DNA of 57,980 nucleotides, counting the filler, from Dirinaria sp. TL-2023a (lineage: Eukaryota): the NCBI GenBank assembly GCA_051941275.1. It is 5 parts of 5 records of this genome, joined end to end, with 100 filler letters (N's around TTAATTAATTAA, not from the genome) between each part and the next. Parts side by side here need not be neighbours in the genome. Positions count along the whole stretch, not along the records: positions 23,254 to 34,771 come from JAVEBF010000839.1; positions 34,872 to 46,380 come from JAVEBF010000841.1; positions 46,481 to 57,980 come from JAVEBF010000842.1; 2 more parts are not named here. One strand, written 5' to 3'. Shown here piece by piece: positions 33,909-46,849 of this stretch. How positions within the stretch are numbered: position 1 is the first letter of the stretch; every line of letters starts with the position of its first letter. The notes under the pieces were generated by a model, which saw nothing but the letters and a program-made list of their open reading frames with translations, was not told the DNA's origin and made no database searches. A program made the translations under genes and the position numbers.

Positions 33909-34496
33909 ATGTGCCGCCTCCGCTTACCGTTCTGGGTTGCGGTTTGGACTCTGTTTTTATTCTGCATATCTAGTCCCAGTGCTTCAACTCCAGTCGTCAC
34001 GAGGGATCTGACATCAACCTCCGGGAACAGCGATGTCTCTTTATCCCCCAGTAGCACCCGCAACAAACCGCTGGACACGCATGGAGTTGCGAAACGCATG
34101 CCCGAATTATGGCACTCCCCCATCGGCGGCCTGTGGCACAACTTCTTCGAAATCTACGAGCCCATCGTGCCTTCCCTCCCAGCCTCACTCTGGTTCGCGC
34201 AGCTCTACAGCGCGATCCTGGAGAACGCGTCGCCGGGCGGGGTGTGGACCAACATCCCGCAAAAGCCGTCGTTCACCATCTTCTTCGGCCAGATCCTCAT
34301 CCACTTCTACAGCGACATCGGCCCGATACCCTGGGAGGTGGTGGCCGATTGGGCCCGATTCATGACCGTGACGAGCCAGCGCGGGTTCGCGGGCAGGTTC
34401 GCGTTCCGGTATTGGCATGCGGGGACGGGGCGTTCGGTGACGATCTGGTTGAGTATCGGGCTGCCCATGTGGTTCATGTCCTTTCCTCGGTCATGA
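33909..34496 (+). CDS. Small secreted protein (195 aa), effector-like, unknown family
   Basis: Signal peptide (FWVAVWTLFLFCISSPSAS), an S/T-rich propeptide ending in a Kex2-like KR, then an aromatic-rich mature domain (…GPIPWEVVADWA…) with strong C/G third-position bias. Confidence 0.7.
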   Translation: MCRLRLPFWVAVWTLFLFCISSPSASTPVVTRDLTSTSGNSDVSLSPSSTRNKPLDTHGVAKRMPELWHSPIGGLWHNFFEIYEPIVPSLPASLWFAQLYSAILENASPGGVWTNIPQKPSFTIFFGQILIHFYSDIGPIPWEVVADWARFMTVTSQRGFAGRFAFRYWHAGTGRSVTIWLSIGLPMWFMSFPRS

Positions 34497-34771
34497 GACT
34501 TTTGAACACGTTAATATTTGGATTTGAAACAATAGCATCTCTCGCGCGCTAGGTTATACACGGTTGCGGAGCATTATATCACATAAAAAGCGATTCTAGG
34601 TATTCATTGAAAGCTGGGTACTCGTACGCAGCGATGGTACGAGTACCCCTTATGCATTGATTAGCAGGACGAAGCAAACCAGCTCGTTCGAAAAAAAGCC
34701 CTACGAAATCATAGTAAACGCTTCTTCGAAGAAAAAGAAGAAGTTGACAATCCACCCCATCCCCCCAACCC

Positions 34772-34871
34772 NNNNNNNNNNNNNNNNNNNNNNNNNNNNN
34801 NNNNNNNNNNNNNNNTTAATTAATTAANNNNNNNNNNNNNNNNNNNNNNNNNNNNNNNNNNNNNNNNNNNN
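34772..34871. other. Assembly gap (N spacer with TTAATTAATTAA)
   Basis: N run with linker. Confidence 0.98.
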
Positions 34872-34878
34872 GTTGCTA

Positions 34879-37800
34879 TCACAGTTTCACCAACCTCAGC
34901 AGAAACGTCGCCTTCTGCACTTCCTGCTCCTCTTCGGCAATGACCACGTCTACCATCCCATTCGGCACCTCGCCGGCGAATTCCGTCACGACATGCTTAT
35001 CCAGAGGACGTCTCAGCGCCTTTTCGAACGTCTTTCCATGCTGCGCAAAAACCTCCGCAAGTCCAACCTCCTCAGGGTCAGACAGAACTTTGTATTCCAT
35101 CTTTACGTCATCCGTGGGCACGAGTTTCGCTTTTTTGCGGAGTTGCTGGACGCGGTTGACGATTTCGCGGGCCATGCCTTCCCTGGCCAGCTCTGGATAG
35201 AGTTTGGTGTCGAGGATGGTAAGAATGTCATTGTCAGTATTCGTCTCGAGGTCCTTCGAAGTCTCGTCTTCTTTAAGGCCGCGCTTGACGATAAGGTCTT
35301 CCTCACCAAGCTCAATCCCGTCGACGGTCATGGCCTTGGTCTCGACAAATTGCCTCACGTCTTCGCTTGTGAGGTTGGGTAAGGCTTTCTTGACTTTCTG
35401 GGCATCTTTTTTCAATTTCTTGCCAAGGCTAGGCCAGTCTGCTGTGACACTGTATTGGACGTTGTACTTATCTTCATCCGAGGAGAGGATCAGCGAATGG
35501 ATGTTGAGTTCTTCGGTGATGTATTCTTCCAAGGATCGAACATCGGCCAGGTATGATTTATCAGGATGGATAACAATAAGGGTTTTGAGAGGTTGCTTCA
35601 GGCCAATGGTACGTCGTTCCCGCGATACCCGGCCGAGCTCAATGACGCGCTGCATGCGGCCTACTTGTCGTTCTATCCCTTCGTCGAAGAGCTCTTCGCG
35701 AACTTCGGGGAAAAGAAGGAAATGCACACTCCGAGGATCTTGTCCTTGCAGTGACTGCGGAATATGCGGGAGGAGTCGTTGGTAGATGTTGTCGGTGATA
35801 AAGGGCGTAAAAGGTGCAAGACCGCGTGTCAAGATATAGAGGACTTCGAAAAGCGTGTTGAGAGCTCGCTGGGTATCGTCGATCCCGAATTCGCCTTTCA
35901 GCCTTCGGCGGTTGAAGCGAATATACCAGTTCGTCGTATTGTCGATGAGCTCGAGTAATTTTGGGACGACGGTGTACAGTCTATATGAAGCCATCTCCTT
36001 ATTGGTAAATTTGAGCAGGCTTTGGCAGCTTGCTAATATCCACCGATCCATCACGTTCTCATTGCTCGATTCTGCTTTGGGATCAAATGTGAAATCTATA
36101 TTTTCAACCTTCTTCAGTAATAGTACCTGATCCTGAAAAAACCTGTATGAATTCCATAGAGGCAAAAGAACTTTAGCGACAATTTCCTTAACGCCAGACT
36201 CTTTGAAGCGAAGGGTTTCGGCGCGGACGACAGGCGAATTGATCATGTACAGGCGAAGGGCATCCGCACCATATTTGTCGATCACCAGACTAGGATCTGG
36301 GTAATTCTTCAGCCGTTTCGACATTTTCTTACCATCCTCAGCAAGTACGATTCCATTTACAATACAATTCTTAAATGGCAATGTGCCAAAGAGATGGGTA
36401 CCAAGGACAGTCAAGGTATAGAACCAGCCTCGGGTCTGATCGAGGCCTTCAGCGATGAAGTCTCCTGGGAACGAGGCTTTGAATTCATTTTGGTGTTCGA
36501 ATGGATAGTGGGATGAGGCGTAGGGCATGCTACCCGACTCAAACCAACAGTCAAAAACCTCTTCAATACGCCGTAGCTGACCTTTGCCCTGCCTGCTCGG
36601 AATCGTGATTTTGTCAACCTTATCGCGGTGCAGATCAGAGATCTCGCCTTCGTAGCCACTCAGTTTCTTCAGCTCCTCCACGCTCCCGACGCAGATCATT
36701 TCTTTGTAGTCTTCACTGGCCCAAATAGGCATAGGGGTTCCCCAGTACCGGTTCCGCGAAACATTCCAATCTCTGGAATTGGCGATCCAGTTGCCGAAAC
36801 GGTTATCCTTGACAAAGCCAGGTACCCAGAGAGTCTTCTTAAGTTCCCCTAGCATTTGGGGGATTATGTCAGGAATTTTGACAAACCAAGCTGGAACAGC
36901 GCGATATATAAGTGGGGTGTCTGACCGCCAACAGAAGGGATAGCTGTGAGTGATTACACTGTCCACGATCACACGTCCAGTACCTTTCAGATGCTTGATG
37001 ATCGCTCGGTCAGCCGTCTTTACATGCTGACCCGTAAAGTCTCGGACCTCTGCTGTGAAGTGGCCTTTCTCATCCACTGGGTTTGGCGGTAGTCGTTTAT
37101 CGCTAATCACGCCCGCCTCGAAAGCAGCCTTGTAATCTTCTTCACCGAACGCCGGCGACTGATGCACAATACCCGTACCGCTGTCAGCTGTCACGTAAGT
37201 AGCGTTAATCACTTTAAAGCCAAAGTCCTTGAAATCGGCATAGAAGTAGTCGAATAGAGGTTCATACTGCCAGCCCAGCATGTCACTGCCCTTTAGACGT
37301 CCGATGATCTTAAACTTAGCTTTTTTGGGGTCTTTGTACAGAGCTTTCAGCAGCGGCTCCAGAAGGATATAGTTTTTCCCGGACGGTTCGTCGGCAATCT
37401 TAATATACTCAAAATCAGGATGGGCGCAAAGCGCAACATTTGATGGCAATGTCCACGGCGTAGTGGTCCAAGCAAGCAATTGTGTTTGAGGATCATTAAG
37501 GAGAGGGAATGCCACAACGACGGCAGGATCTTGGGTATCTTTGTAATTTTGTTGCGCTTCGAAATTGCTCAGAGGAGTATTGAGGGCTGTTGAATAGGGC
37601 ATGACGCGGTAACCTCGATAGACGGCGTCCATCTCGAATAATTGCTTGAAGACCCACCAGACTGACTCCATGAACGTTGGATCCATCGTCTGCCATTGGC
37701 GGTCAGTGTACCGCTCTTGAGATTGAATGTTGGAGCCTCCATGCCTTGTAGTCGTTGTCGAAGTCAATCCACCTCCCCAGCCTCTCGATCGTCTGCCTCC

Positions 37801-38173
37801 ACTCGCTAGAGAATCTCATCACAATGGCGCGACATTCCGCATTGTAATTGTCTAAACCCATTTTCATGACCGCATCTTTCCCTGAGAGCCCCAGCTTTTT
37901 ATCGATTTCATACTCGATCGGCAGTCCATGCGTATCCCAGCCAAACCGTCTCTCCACATAGTACCCTTTCATTGACCAGTACCGAGGGATAATGTCTTTT
38001 ATGGTAGAGGAAAGCAAGTGCCCATAATGAGGTAATCCTGTCGCGAAGGGTGGCCCATCATAGAAAGTGTATTCTTTGCGGCCTCGAGAGAGCTCAACTT
38101 GTCGTTCGAAAGCTTTGATGTCTCTCCACCTTTCCAGGACGGCTTCCTCTTCTTTGGGAAAATCAATCGACAT
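34879..38173 (-). CDS. ILS1: Cytoplasmic isoleucyl-tRNA synthetase (2 exons)
   Basis: FYDGPPFATGLPHYGH (HIGH-like), WTTTPWTLP, EGLDQTRGWFY and KMSKR. A single 55-nt GC-AG intron (37690-37744) gives DNDYK|TMDP. Confidence 0.97.
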
Positions 38174-38505
38174 TTCGTATGCTATTGAGGGTATTCATAA
38201 AGATACAGTATGTGTTGATTTGTGGGAAGCGTAAGTGGTCGGCTTCAGCGTGCGAAACAGTGAGTCAGACACGCCAGGAAGCCTAGACAACTTTTGATAC
38301 GCAGGCTTTACAAGTTTTAAGTCATCTAAACTTTCCAGAACTTAGCTCCATCTCCTCTGCCTAAACAATTTCAACACTGATGAAATCAATGGATCTCGAG
38401 CAAGCGGACTTTGAATACTCAATTTATAGCATTTCAAACGGCCTATCTACACACAAAATATAACAAAAGTGGAACCGAGCTTCTGCTAGTCATCGCTCAA
38501 GGTTC

Positions 38506-41500
38506 TTAACTCGCTTTGTCTGTGCTTTCACCATCCTCCTCTTCTCCTTCTACGTCGCCTTCGTCGTCTGAAACCAACTCACCATGCGCTCGTAGTCGCT
38601 CCTGCAAAAGTTAGACTAGGGTGCGGTATGAGATTTGGTGCAGAGTAGACGTACCTTGTCCTTTACCCTTTTCTCCTCAAGGTCTCCAAGGACGATGAAA
38701 AGATCATCAAGCTCACTTTGGGCTGTCTTTCGGGCGTCCTCTTTTGAGTCAAGGTCATCCTGAAGACTGGCCGATCTCGCCTCCGCGTCAGCGGCCTTAT
38801 CTTCCGCTCGTTTTAGGCGACCCTCCAGGCTGTCTAACTTTGTAGTATAGTCTTCATGTGCTGTCTGAAGATCCTGCACGTGTTCTTTACTCGACTTCTC
38901 AAGCTGGCTCTCCAGCCGGCTGATGGTGGACTTCAGATCCTTCACTTCCTCTTCGTTCCTTTGGTGGACCCTTGTGGCAGAATTTGCACTGTCCTCCTTT
39001 AACTTGCGCATCTCAGCTTTTACAGCATGAATAGCTTCCTCAGAAGCCCTCTCTTGATCCGCCTGCACCAGCTGATGATCCTTAGCAACCCTTTCTAATT
39101 CCTCAGCATGATTACGCTGAAGAGCTTCATTGATGCTCCTTATTCTATTGACTTCGACGGTTGCGGATTCCTTCGCTTTGCGATGGTCTGCCTGCTCCTG
39201 GCCAAGCCTACGCTCGAAGGTCACTATCTCAGACTCAAGCTTCTGAATCCGCTGATTCGCATCATCGAGTTGCGCTTTGAGAGAATCAACCAGTTCGCGG
39301 GAGATACCTTTCTGAACACCATTTGCAACGACAGGAACCTCGATATTAGGCGAACGGTCGATGGCTCGCAAAACCCTACTAAAGTTGTCCTTCAGGAAAT
39401 CTATGAATGTCTTATCAAAGAAGACATCAGGAAGGCTACCGAAGTGGCTTGACGCAAGTCCCTGCGGTAGGACTTCATAGTCACGAATCATGGGATGCTC
39501 GCGCAACTTAGTGATCTTGTCCACATACTGTTCCCGCGTCAACTGAGTGATCAGGATTTGGTGGAGCGTTGCTCGCGTTATCGGAGAGTCTTTAGTCGAG
39601 AATTCATAAATAACCCCGAGTAGGAAAGCGCATAGTCCCGAAACTAGAGGTCGAGGTTGGCTGCTTTGAGTTATGAGCTGCACAATGCTCTGGACACTGC
39701 TCCCTTCACCGAGGAAGTCGTTTACTGCATCGTGATCTTCATATAACCACCCAGATAAGACCATCAGATAGCCAATGGATACCCTCTCATCTTCTACCTT
39801 CTGCTCTGCAGTGATCAAGCTCCCCGTGAGGCTTTGAATGCAAGTCACTACCTCTTCTCCTGTACTAGCATCGCCTTCCGCAACGGCCATTGCAATATTC
39901 TTTGCCTCGAAATCCTCGTACAATAAATGAAAGAGGAGCACAGCAGCGATCCAGCAGCGATACGGATCCGATCCACGCCCAGAATTGGGATCTTCAACGA
40001 GAATTGAGATAATATTATCGGTTTCGTGGCGATTATGACCCTCGATCGCTCTGTTGAGGAAAAATAGTCGTATTGGTGCATGACCCCAGAAGTACGCTTT
40101 TAAACATTCACATGCCCCCAGTCGAACATCAAACGCATCAAGTGATGACGCTGCAAGAGCGAGATCTAATAGTGCTGATATAACATTGTCTCTTGGCTCA
40201 GGACGCTTGCCTTGCGTGTGTCCATTGACTTGTGGTGATATTTCAGTCTGGGTTGAGCGAACGTCCAGCTGCGCGAATGCTTCCTGCAAAGCGCTATTGC
40301 CCCTAATTATATCGGCAGTTGTTGCCAATGCCTAAATATGAGTATGGTCAGTACATATCTACGCGCACGTTACGGAGGTAACGCACTTCAGCCCGTATCA
40401 CCATATCGATAGACTGATGGAATGCTATCTCAAGCACTTGGACCAAAACACCGCTTTGCCACAATGAATTCTGATTCGCTTGGGTGCCAACGCTTCCTTT
40501 CACTAAAAACAGTCTGATGACAGCAAGTAGTCCCCATAGATTCTTATCCCGTTGCGGCGTGGCCCAATCGGCGACTCCATCATGAGAATCTTGTTCACGT
40601 ATTGAATGTAGCAGCAGCGTCGCGAGCTTCTTTACCCATCCAGTTTCACGAAAGTACGACTGGTTTGAAGCATTGAGGCGCAAAAGATTCGCCAGTAGAG
40701 ATAGGCAATCTTGGACAATAACCCCACCATGTGTGAGTGAGCCTTCTGTATCTACGATTTCGAAAATACGGTCAAATGCACTTTCAAATGCCACGAGCTT
40801 TTGCAGATCCGGGGACGATGGAGTGAGTGCGGTGAGCAGAAGTAGCCCCTCTGTATGGTCGCCTGATGTTAGCTACGAGTAGGTCGCACTCGTGCTGTGG
40901 AACCCTACCGCTACGCACAGCCTCTCTTCTGTCCTCCAATACGGCTACCAATCTGGAGACGCCCAGTGGCGCAACGTAAACGCATTCTTGAGTACGCTCG
41001 GGTCTGGCAGAGGAGATGGCGGAAATCAACTGTAAAGAGTACAGTCGGGAGAAGAAATCCGGAGCAGCTAGCAAGTCCAAAAGCGCTGTAATGTTCTCTT
41101 GTCGCTGTGGTACAAATCAGGACGTGGCATAAATGAGTAGCTGTATCAACGTACTCACTTGGGTAAATTCATCAGCGAGCCAAAGGGCTATGTCGTCTGA
41201 AGCTTCCGGCTTGCCATTGTCAGGTAATATTTCGACCATGGGACAAGCATTCTTACGCTTGCTTCGTTTGGATTGAAGAGCATCAACAAGGTTTCCAGCG
41301 TGACCTTGGTGGAATCCACATCTTCGACATCTTTATTCAAGCCTCCAATAAGACTTCGAAGAGCCCCTGAGGCGACGGAGGCCGGATACTCTTTGGCAAA
41401 GCTTCGAAGCCCCAATATCGCGGCTCTGCGGTCCTCGAGAAGCGTAGCACTTTGCAAACGGCCGCTCAAGGTAGCTATAGTATCTGTCGCAGTCTGTTTG

Positions 41501-41532
41501 GCGGGTGCTTGGGATTCGAGAATGCGGAACAT
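38506..41532 (-). CDS. USO1: Uso1/p115 ER-Golgi vesicle tethering protein (multi-exon)
   Basis: LQSATLLEDRRAAILGLRSF, SRLYSLQL, VAFESAFDRIF and VQDCLSLLANLL head motifs, a long coiled-coil, and an acidic last exon (…DDEGDVEGEEEDGES…) ending TAA at 38506. Confidence 0.93.
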
Positions 41533-42213
41533 GGTGCTAAGGTGGATGTTTCATTGCTGGTAGCGCAACGTCTTGCACACAACTGCAGACGCGGGAAGCT
41601 ATCGTTAGTTTGCTGATGCCAGCATAGTCGTGCTGGCCATATGGTATGGCAGGTTCACAAACACAAGGTAAGAACCTACATTAGGTGCCCTTCAACTTGC
41701 ACTTGGCGTACCGTATTTCGCGAATCCTAGTCTCGGTTAGAGAGTCCCGGATTCGGTCTTGGCGGCAGTCCATTCTCGGTTAGCTTTGCATGGGGCAGAC
41801 TCAATGAGGTACGAGTACCCTCGGTAGCTTACGGTCCTTAGTAGTAGTGTGCGGAATACAATTTATACTTCTACCATACCACGATCTTACATGAACGATC
41901 CAAACCGTTCTGATCACTTCGTACCGCGGATAGAATCGTCTCGCCTGATAAACGGACTGGGACCTCTCATTCAGCAAAGAAGCATAAGCACGGTCGTGGT
42001 GTACGATCTTCCAAAAGTTGATGAAGCCGTCATTCCCTCATTCGAATACCTTGCTGCTGTTTAGAATCGTCTGGAGTCCACTGGCTGGCCCCGAATCGTT
42101 TGGTAAAAGGATTTCATAAGAGGAAGAATATCTCTGGAAACGTCGGCTGGGTTCCAACGCAAAAGATTTGTGGCCTACAAAGGTCCTGGTGATCTACAGT
42201 ATTACGAGTCACT

Positions 42214-45200
42214 ATGGGTGTCCCAGCTTTATTCCGATGGCTCTCACAGAAGTACCCAAAGATTATCTCCGCCGTCATTGAAGAACAGCCCTCGGAGGTA
42301 GATGGCCAGGAAATACCCGTCAACACCGCGCTCCCAAATCCAAATGGCGAAGAATTTGACAATTTGTATCTTGACATGAACGGCATTGTGCATCCATGTT
42401 CTCACCCGGAAGATCGACCTCCGCCAGCGACGGAGGGTGAGATGATGAAGGCTATATTTGAGTACACAGACCGAGTGTGCAACATGGTCCGGCCTAGGAA
42501 GCTTTTGCTCATTGCTGTTGGTATGTCTGAGGAGTGGACTGCACGGAATTTGAATGGGCCTTGTGTTCCCTTGCGGACGGCTGCCTTATCTGTTGAGATG
42601 CTGAAGTCGCCTAAGGGGGGTTACATTTCTATTTACGAACTTGACGCGCTAGGATATCATGCTGATGATCGTTGATTTGTGCAGACGGGGTAGCTCCTCG
42701 AGCCAAGATGAATCAACAACGATCACGCCGATTTCGATCCGCTCAAGAAGCCAAGCAGAAGGATGAGGAAAATGCCGAATTCGCAAAAATGCTCAAATCC
42801 CAAAATGGAGGCGTTCATGAGCTTGCAGATAGTATGGCTCAGAAGAAAACTTGGGATAGTAACGCTATCACGCCTGGAACACCATTCATGGGTATACTCG
42901 CGGCATCCCTGAGATATTGGGCTGCTTACAAAGTGAATACTGATCCTGCATGGGAGAAAGTTTGTACTCCGCTACGTCTGCACAAGAACACCTTGCTGAT
43001 GATTCAGGTAAAAATAATCATCTCCGATGCCACCGTACCCGGCGAGGGTGAGCACAAAATCATGGAATTTATTCGCTCGCAGAGATCATCTCCTGAACAT
43101 GATCCCAATACACGTCACGTTTTATATGGCCTTGTAAGTTGACCCGGTACCATTGTTAGCCACAGACTGCTAATGATTGATTTAGGATGCCGATCTGATC
43201 ATGCTTGGGCTTGCCGCTCATGAACCGCATTTCCGAGTGCTTCGCGAAGATGTCTTCTTCCAAGAGTCTAAAGCTCGACATTGCAAATTATGTGGCCAAA
43301 AAGGCCACGTTGCTGAAGCTTGCAGAGGCGAGGCCAAAACCAAAGATGGCGAATTCGACGAAAAGGACAAGGCCGTACCATTGAAACCCTTTATATGGCT
43401 CCATGTACCTGTACTGCGCGAATATCTGGAGGCTGAGCTTTATGTACCTCACCAGCCCTTCAAATTTGACCTAGAAAGGGCGCTTGACGACTGGGTTTTC
43501 ATGTGCTTCTTTGTTGGCAATGACTTTCTGCCGCATCTTCCAAGTCTTGACATCCGAGAAGATGGCATTGACACTTTAATAGCAATATGGCGGGATAATA
43601 TACCTCTGATGGGCGGATACGTGACCAAAGATGGGGAAGTCGACCTTGCCCGAGCACAATTCATTCTAGATGGTTTGGCCAAACAGGAGGATGCTATTTT
43701 CAAAAGACGTAGACAAACAGAGGAGCGGAGAGAAGCCAACGCGAAGCGCCGAAAGCTTGAACAAGAAAATCGCAACAATAGTCGTCGCCGGAATGGAGGA
43801 TCCACCAATACACCAGAAGGACGCCGTGGCTCTCCGGATTACAGCACGCCAACCCAAATGCGCACCGGTCGAGCTAAAGACGGTGTCGTAGCTCCCTCAG
43901 ACTTGCCTCTTTTCGAACCGAGCAAAGGCCTTTCGAAGGAACAGAAGACATTGACACATGACCTAGTAGTCAATCGAGGTGCTGTGTACAAAGCTAATCA
44001 GGCCAACAAGAGCGCTGCTGCAGCTTTGAAAAGTCAGCTTCTCAACGGCAACCAAGAACATAGCAGCCCTGAAACTTCCAAAGCCCAAATTGGCGATCAA
44101 GCTGCCTATGACGGTATAGAACACGACAATCCGGGCTCTGCAGATACCTTAAACACTCCAGTCTCTGTCTTAGGGAAAAGGAAGGCGGAGCTCATTGAAG
44201 AAGATCAAAACAGTACTCCTGGTGCAAATACGCCTGAAAGCGCCTCTAAAGCAATTGATCCGGATGATCCACCCCCAGATCATGTCCGACTCTGGGAAGA
44301 TGGCTATGCAGACCGATATTATGAGCAGAAATTCAAGGCGGAGCCCACAGACATCGCCTTTCGAAACAAGGTCGCGAGTTCCTACGTTGAAGGGCTTGCA
44401 TGGGTCTTGTAAGCTTCATCTCTCACCTTGCAGTTCTGAATTAACATAGCTAGGCTATATTACTTCCAGGGATGCCCGTCGTGGACATGGTACTATCCAT
44501 ACCACTACGCACCTTTTGCTGCCGACTTCGTGGAACTTGAAAAGATGAATCTCAATTTCAGCAAAGGACGCATATTCAAGCCATTCGAACAATTAATGGG
44601 CGTTATGCCATCAGCCTCAGATCATACCCTACCCGAGGTATTCCGGCCACTGATGAGTGACGAAGACAGCCCGATTATTGATTTCTACCCACAAGAATTC
44701 CCTATCGACCTGAACGGCAAAAAATTCGCTTGGCAAGGAGTGGCTATTCTCCCTTTCATTGATGAGACGAGACTATTAGATGCTATGGCAACAAAATACC
44801 CCTTGCTCTCCGCTGAAGATGTTGCCCGGAACGAGCCTGGCAATGATGCACTCATAATATCCGACCGCCACCCTCTATTCGAGGAAGTTGTTTCGAAGTT
44901 CTACTCCAAGCGGCAAAGTCAGCCGAACTTCAAACTAGACCCTAGAATCAGCGGTGGACTTGCAGGGACTGTCGAAAAGAACGAAGACTATCTACCGGAG
45001 AGCTCGCTTTACTACTCTATTGATCAGATTGAGATGCCATCTCTCGACGAGGACCATAGCATAAGGTAGGAAAGTACAACACAAGTACATCGAGTTCCAT
45101 TAACATTCGCTAGTGTCAATTTCGAAATACCGAAAACCAACTATGTTCATAAGTCGATGTTACTTCGCGGTCTCAAATTACCTACACCGGTACTTGACCG

Positions 45201-45702
45201 GTCAGACATTGAGGCTACGAAGTCGCGCGCCAACCACAGTGGGAGGTCTTTCGGTGGTGCTCCATTGCGTGGCGGCAACGGTCGTGGCCGTGGTGGGAAG
45301 ATAAACTACGCAGACTCACGGCCCAATCCATTCGCGGAGCATCTGAATCCCGATTTCGGGCCTCCTGGCAAGGGATACAGAGGTCCACCGCCATCGGCAG
45401 ACAATACCTACAATCGTGGAGCACCGGCCCCAGGCGCTGGATATGGTCCTATTCCACCGCCACGTAATGATTACTACAATGCGCCCGCACCTCCTCCCAA
45501 TGGGTATTACGCCGGTGCGCCTCCCTCCGACTATCGGAATCAGCGCGGACCCCCTCCACCTCCATACGGGCAATATGGAGGGCCTCCTCCGCCGCCATCG
45601 AACGGCTACTACCCACCGAGACCGCCGCCTGATAACTACAACGGATCCAATTATAACTCTTACGGGCAATCTCGAGACGGATATTACGGAGCCAGAAGGT
45701 AG
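42214..45702 (+). CDS. RAT1: 5'-3' exoribonuclease 2 (Rat1/Xrn2/Dhp1), multi-exon
   Basis: [58 protein letters not shown] knuckle and [10 protein letters not shown]-terminal P/G/Y/N-rich tail. Confidence 0.97.
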
Positions 45703-46380
45703 CCAAGATATAGCTAGCCATGGAAGCCGAGAAGAAGGAAAGGCATTTTGCTCTCTATGTTATTAGCTTCTTCATTGTCAAATAAGTTGCCTGAGATGGC
45801 TGCTGTTGCTGCAGATACAGAATCGAAACAAACGCTTCACAAATAGCAAGCAAATGGCTTCGCCTATTTTTTTTCATATGGCTTTCAGAACCGCGTCATA
45901 TGAGACCATCATCATCGCATTTCTCTCCCACCCGCCCACATATGAATAGCATCATGATCATCATCTTCTTCAAACCAACCAACCTAATAGAGTTTGTATC
46001 ATTACTTTTTTCACAAATCATCCCATCCAATCCCATTTCATGTCATGCGTCTATATCTCAATCCCATTTTTCCCGTTTTGTTCTTCTTCCTTCGGCTAGC
46101 AGAATCAAAGATGTTCTTTCTTCTCCCCCGCCCCCAAATCCGAACCCGAAGAGTAATTGATAAATAAATAAGACAGTACTCTACAAATCCTTTTCCCCCT
46201 TTCCTCTCTTTCCTCTCTTCCCAAAATAAAAACCAAGAGAAAAAAAAAGAGGAAAGGTTGGTTGGTTGGTTGGTGTCTATTTATCCACATGTAGGTATAT
46301 ACGGTTATATATTTCCTCGTCTCGTTTACTTTTCTGAATGAATTTTTTTCGGGGGGGTTATTGGAAGAGTTGGGGAAAGG

Positions 46381-46480
46381 NNNNNNNNNNNNNNNNNNNN
46401 NNNNNNNNNNNNNNNNNNNNNNNNTTAATTAATTAANNNNNNNNNNNNNNNNNNNNNNNNNNNNNNNNNNNNNNNNNNNN
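46381..46480. other. Assembly gap (N spacer with TTAATTAATTAA), flanked by homopolymer-rich sequence
   Basis: N run with linker. A long poly-T run starts at about 46509. Confidence 0.98.
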
Positions 46481-46507
46481 GGTTTTTTCACGAGGGCCGT
46501 ATAGTTT

Positions 46508-46540
<33 letters not shown>

Positions 46541-46849
46541 GGAAGGAATTTATATACACAAGACGACAGCTCAATCGCAAATAATGATCCTGGTTCGCCA
46601 TGTGGAAAGACGGGTTTTGACTCTTACAACGGAATTTCTCCCACCAATTGTTGTACACGATGACCTTTGAATTACCGGTTTTTTCTAATGTACAGCCCAC
46701 GGATTCTGCTCGTTGCGCTTTTTTTTTTTAACGCCGATTCCTGCTCAATGGTTGGTGTCAGGGAACTCCGTCGCTTGCTTTCAGATTAAAATCGTCTTCC
46801 AAATCCTTTTTTTTTTTTTCGTTTCTTTGTTTTTTCTTTTCCTTTTTTT

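Noticed and set aside
41700..41850. tRNA-like or structured ncRNA in the USO1/RAT1 intergenic region
   Set aside because: No cloverleaf or A/B boxes could be assembled.
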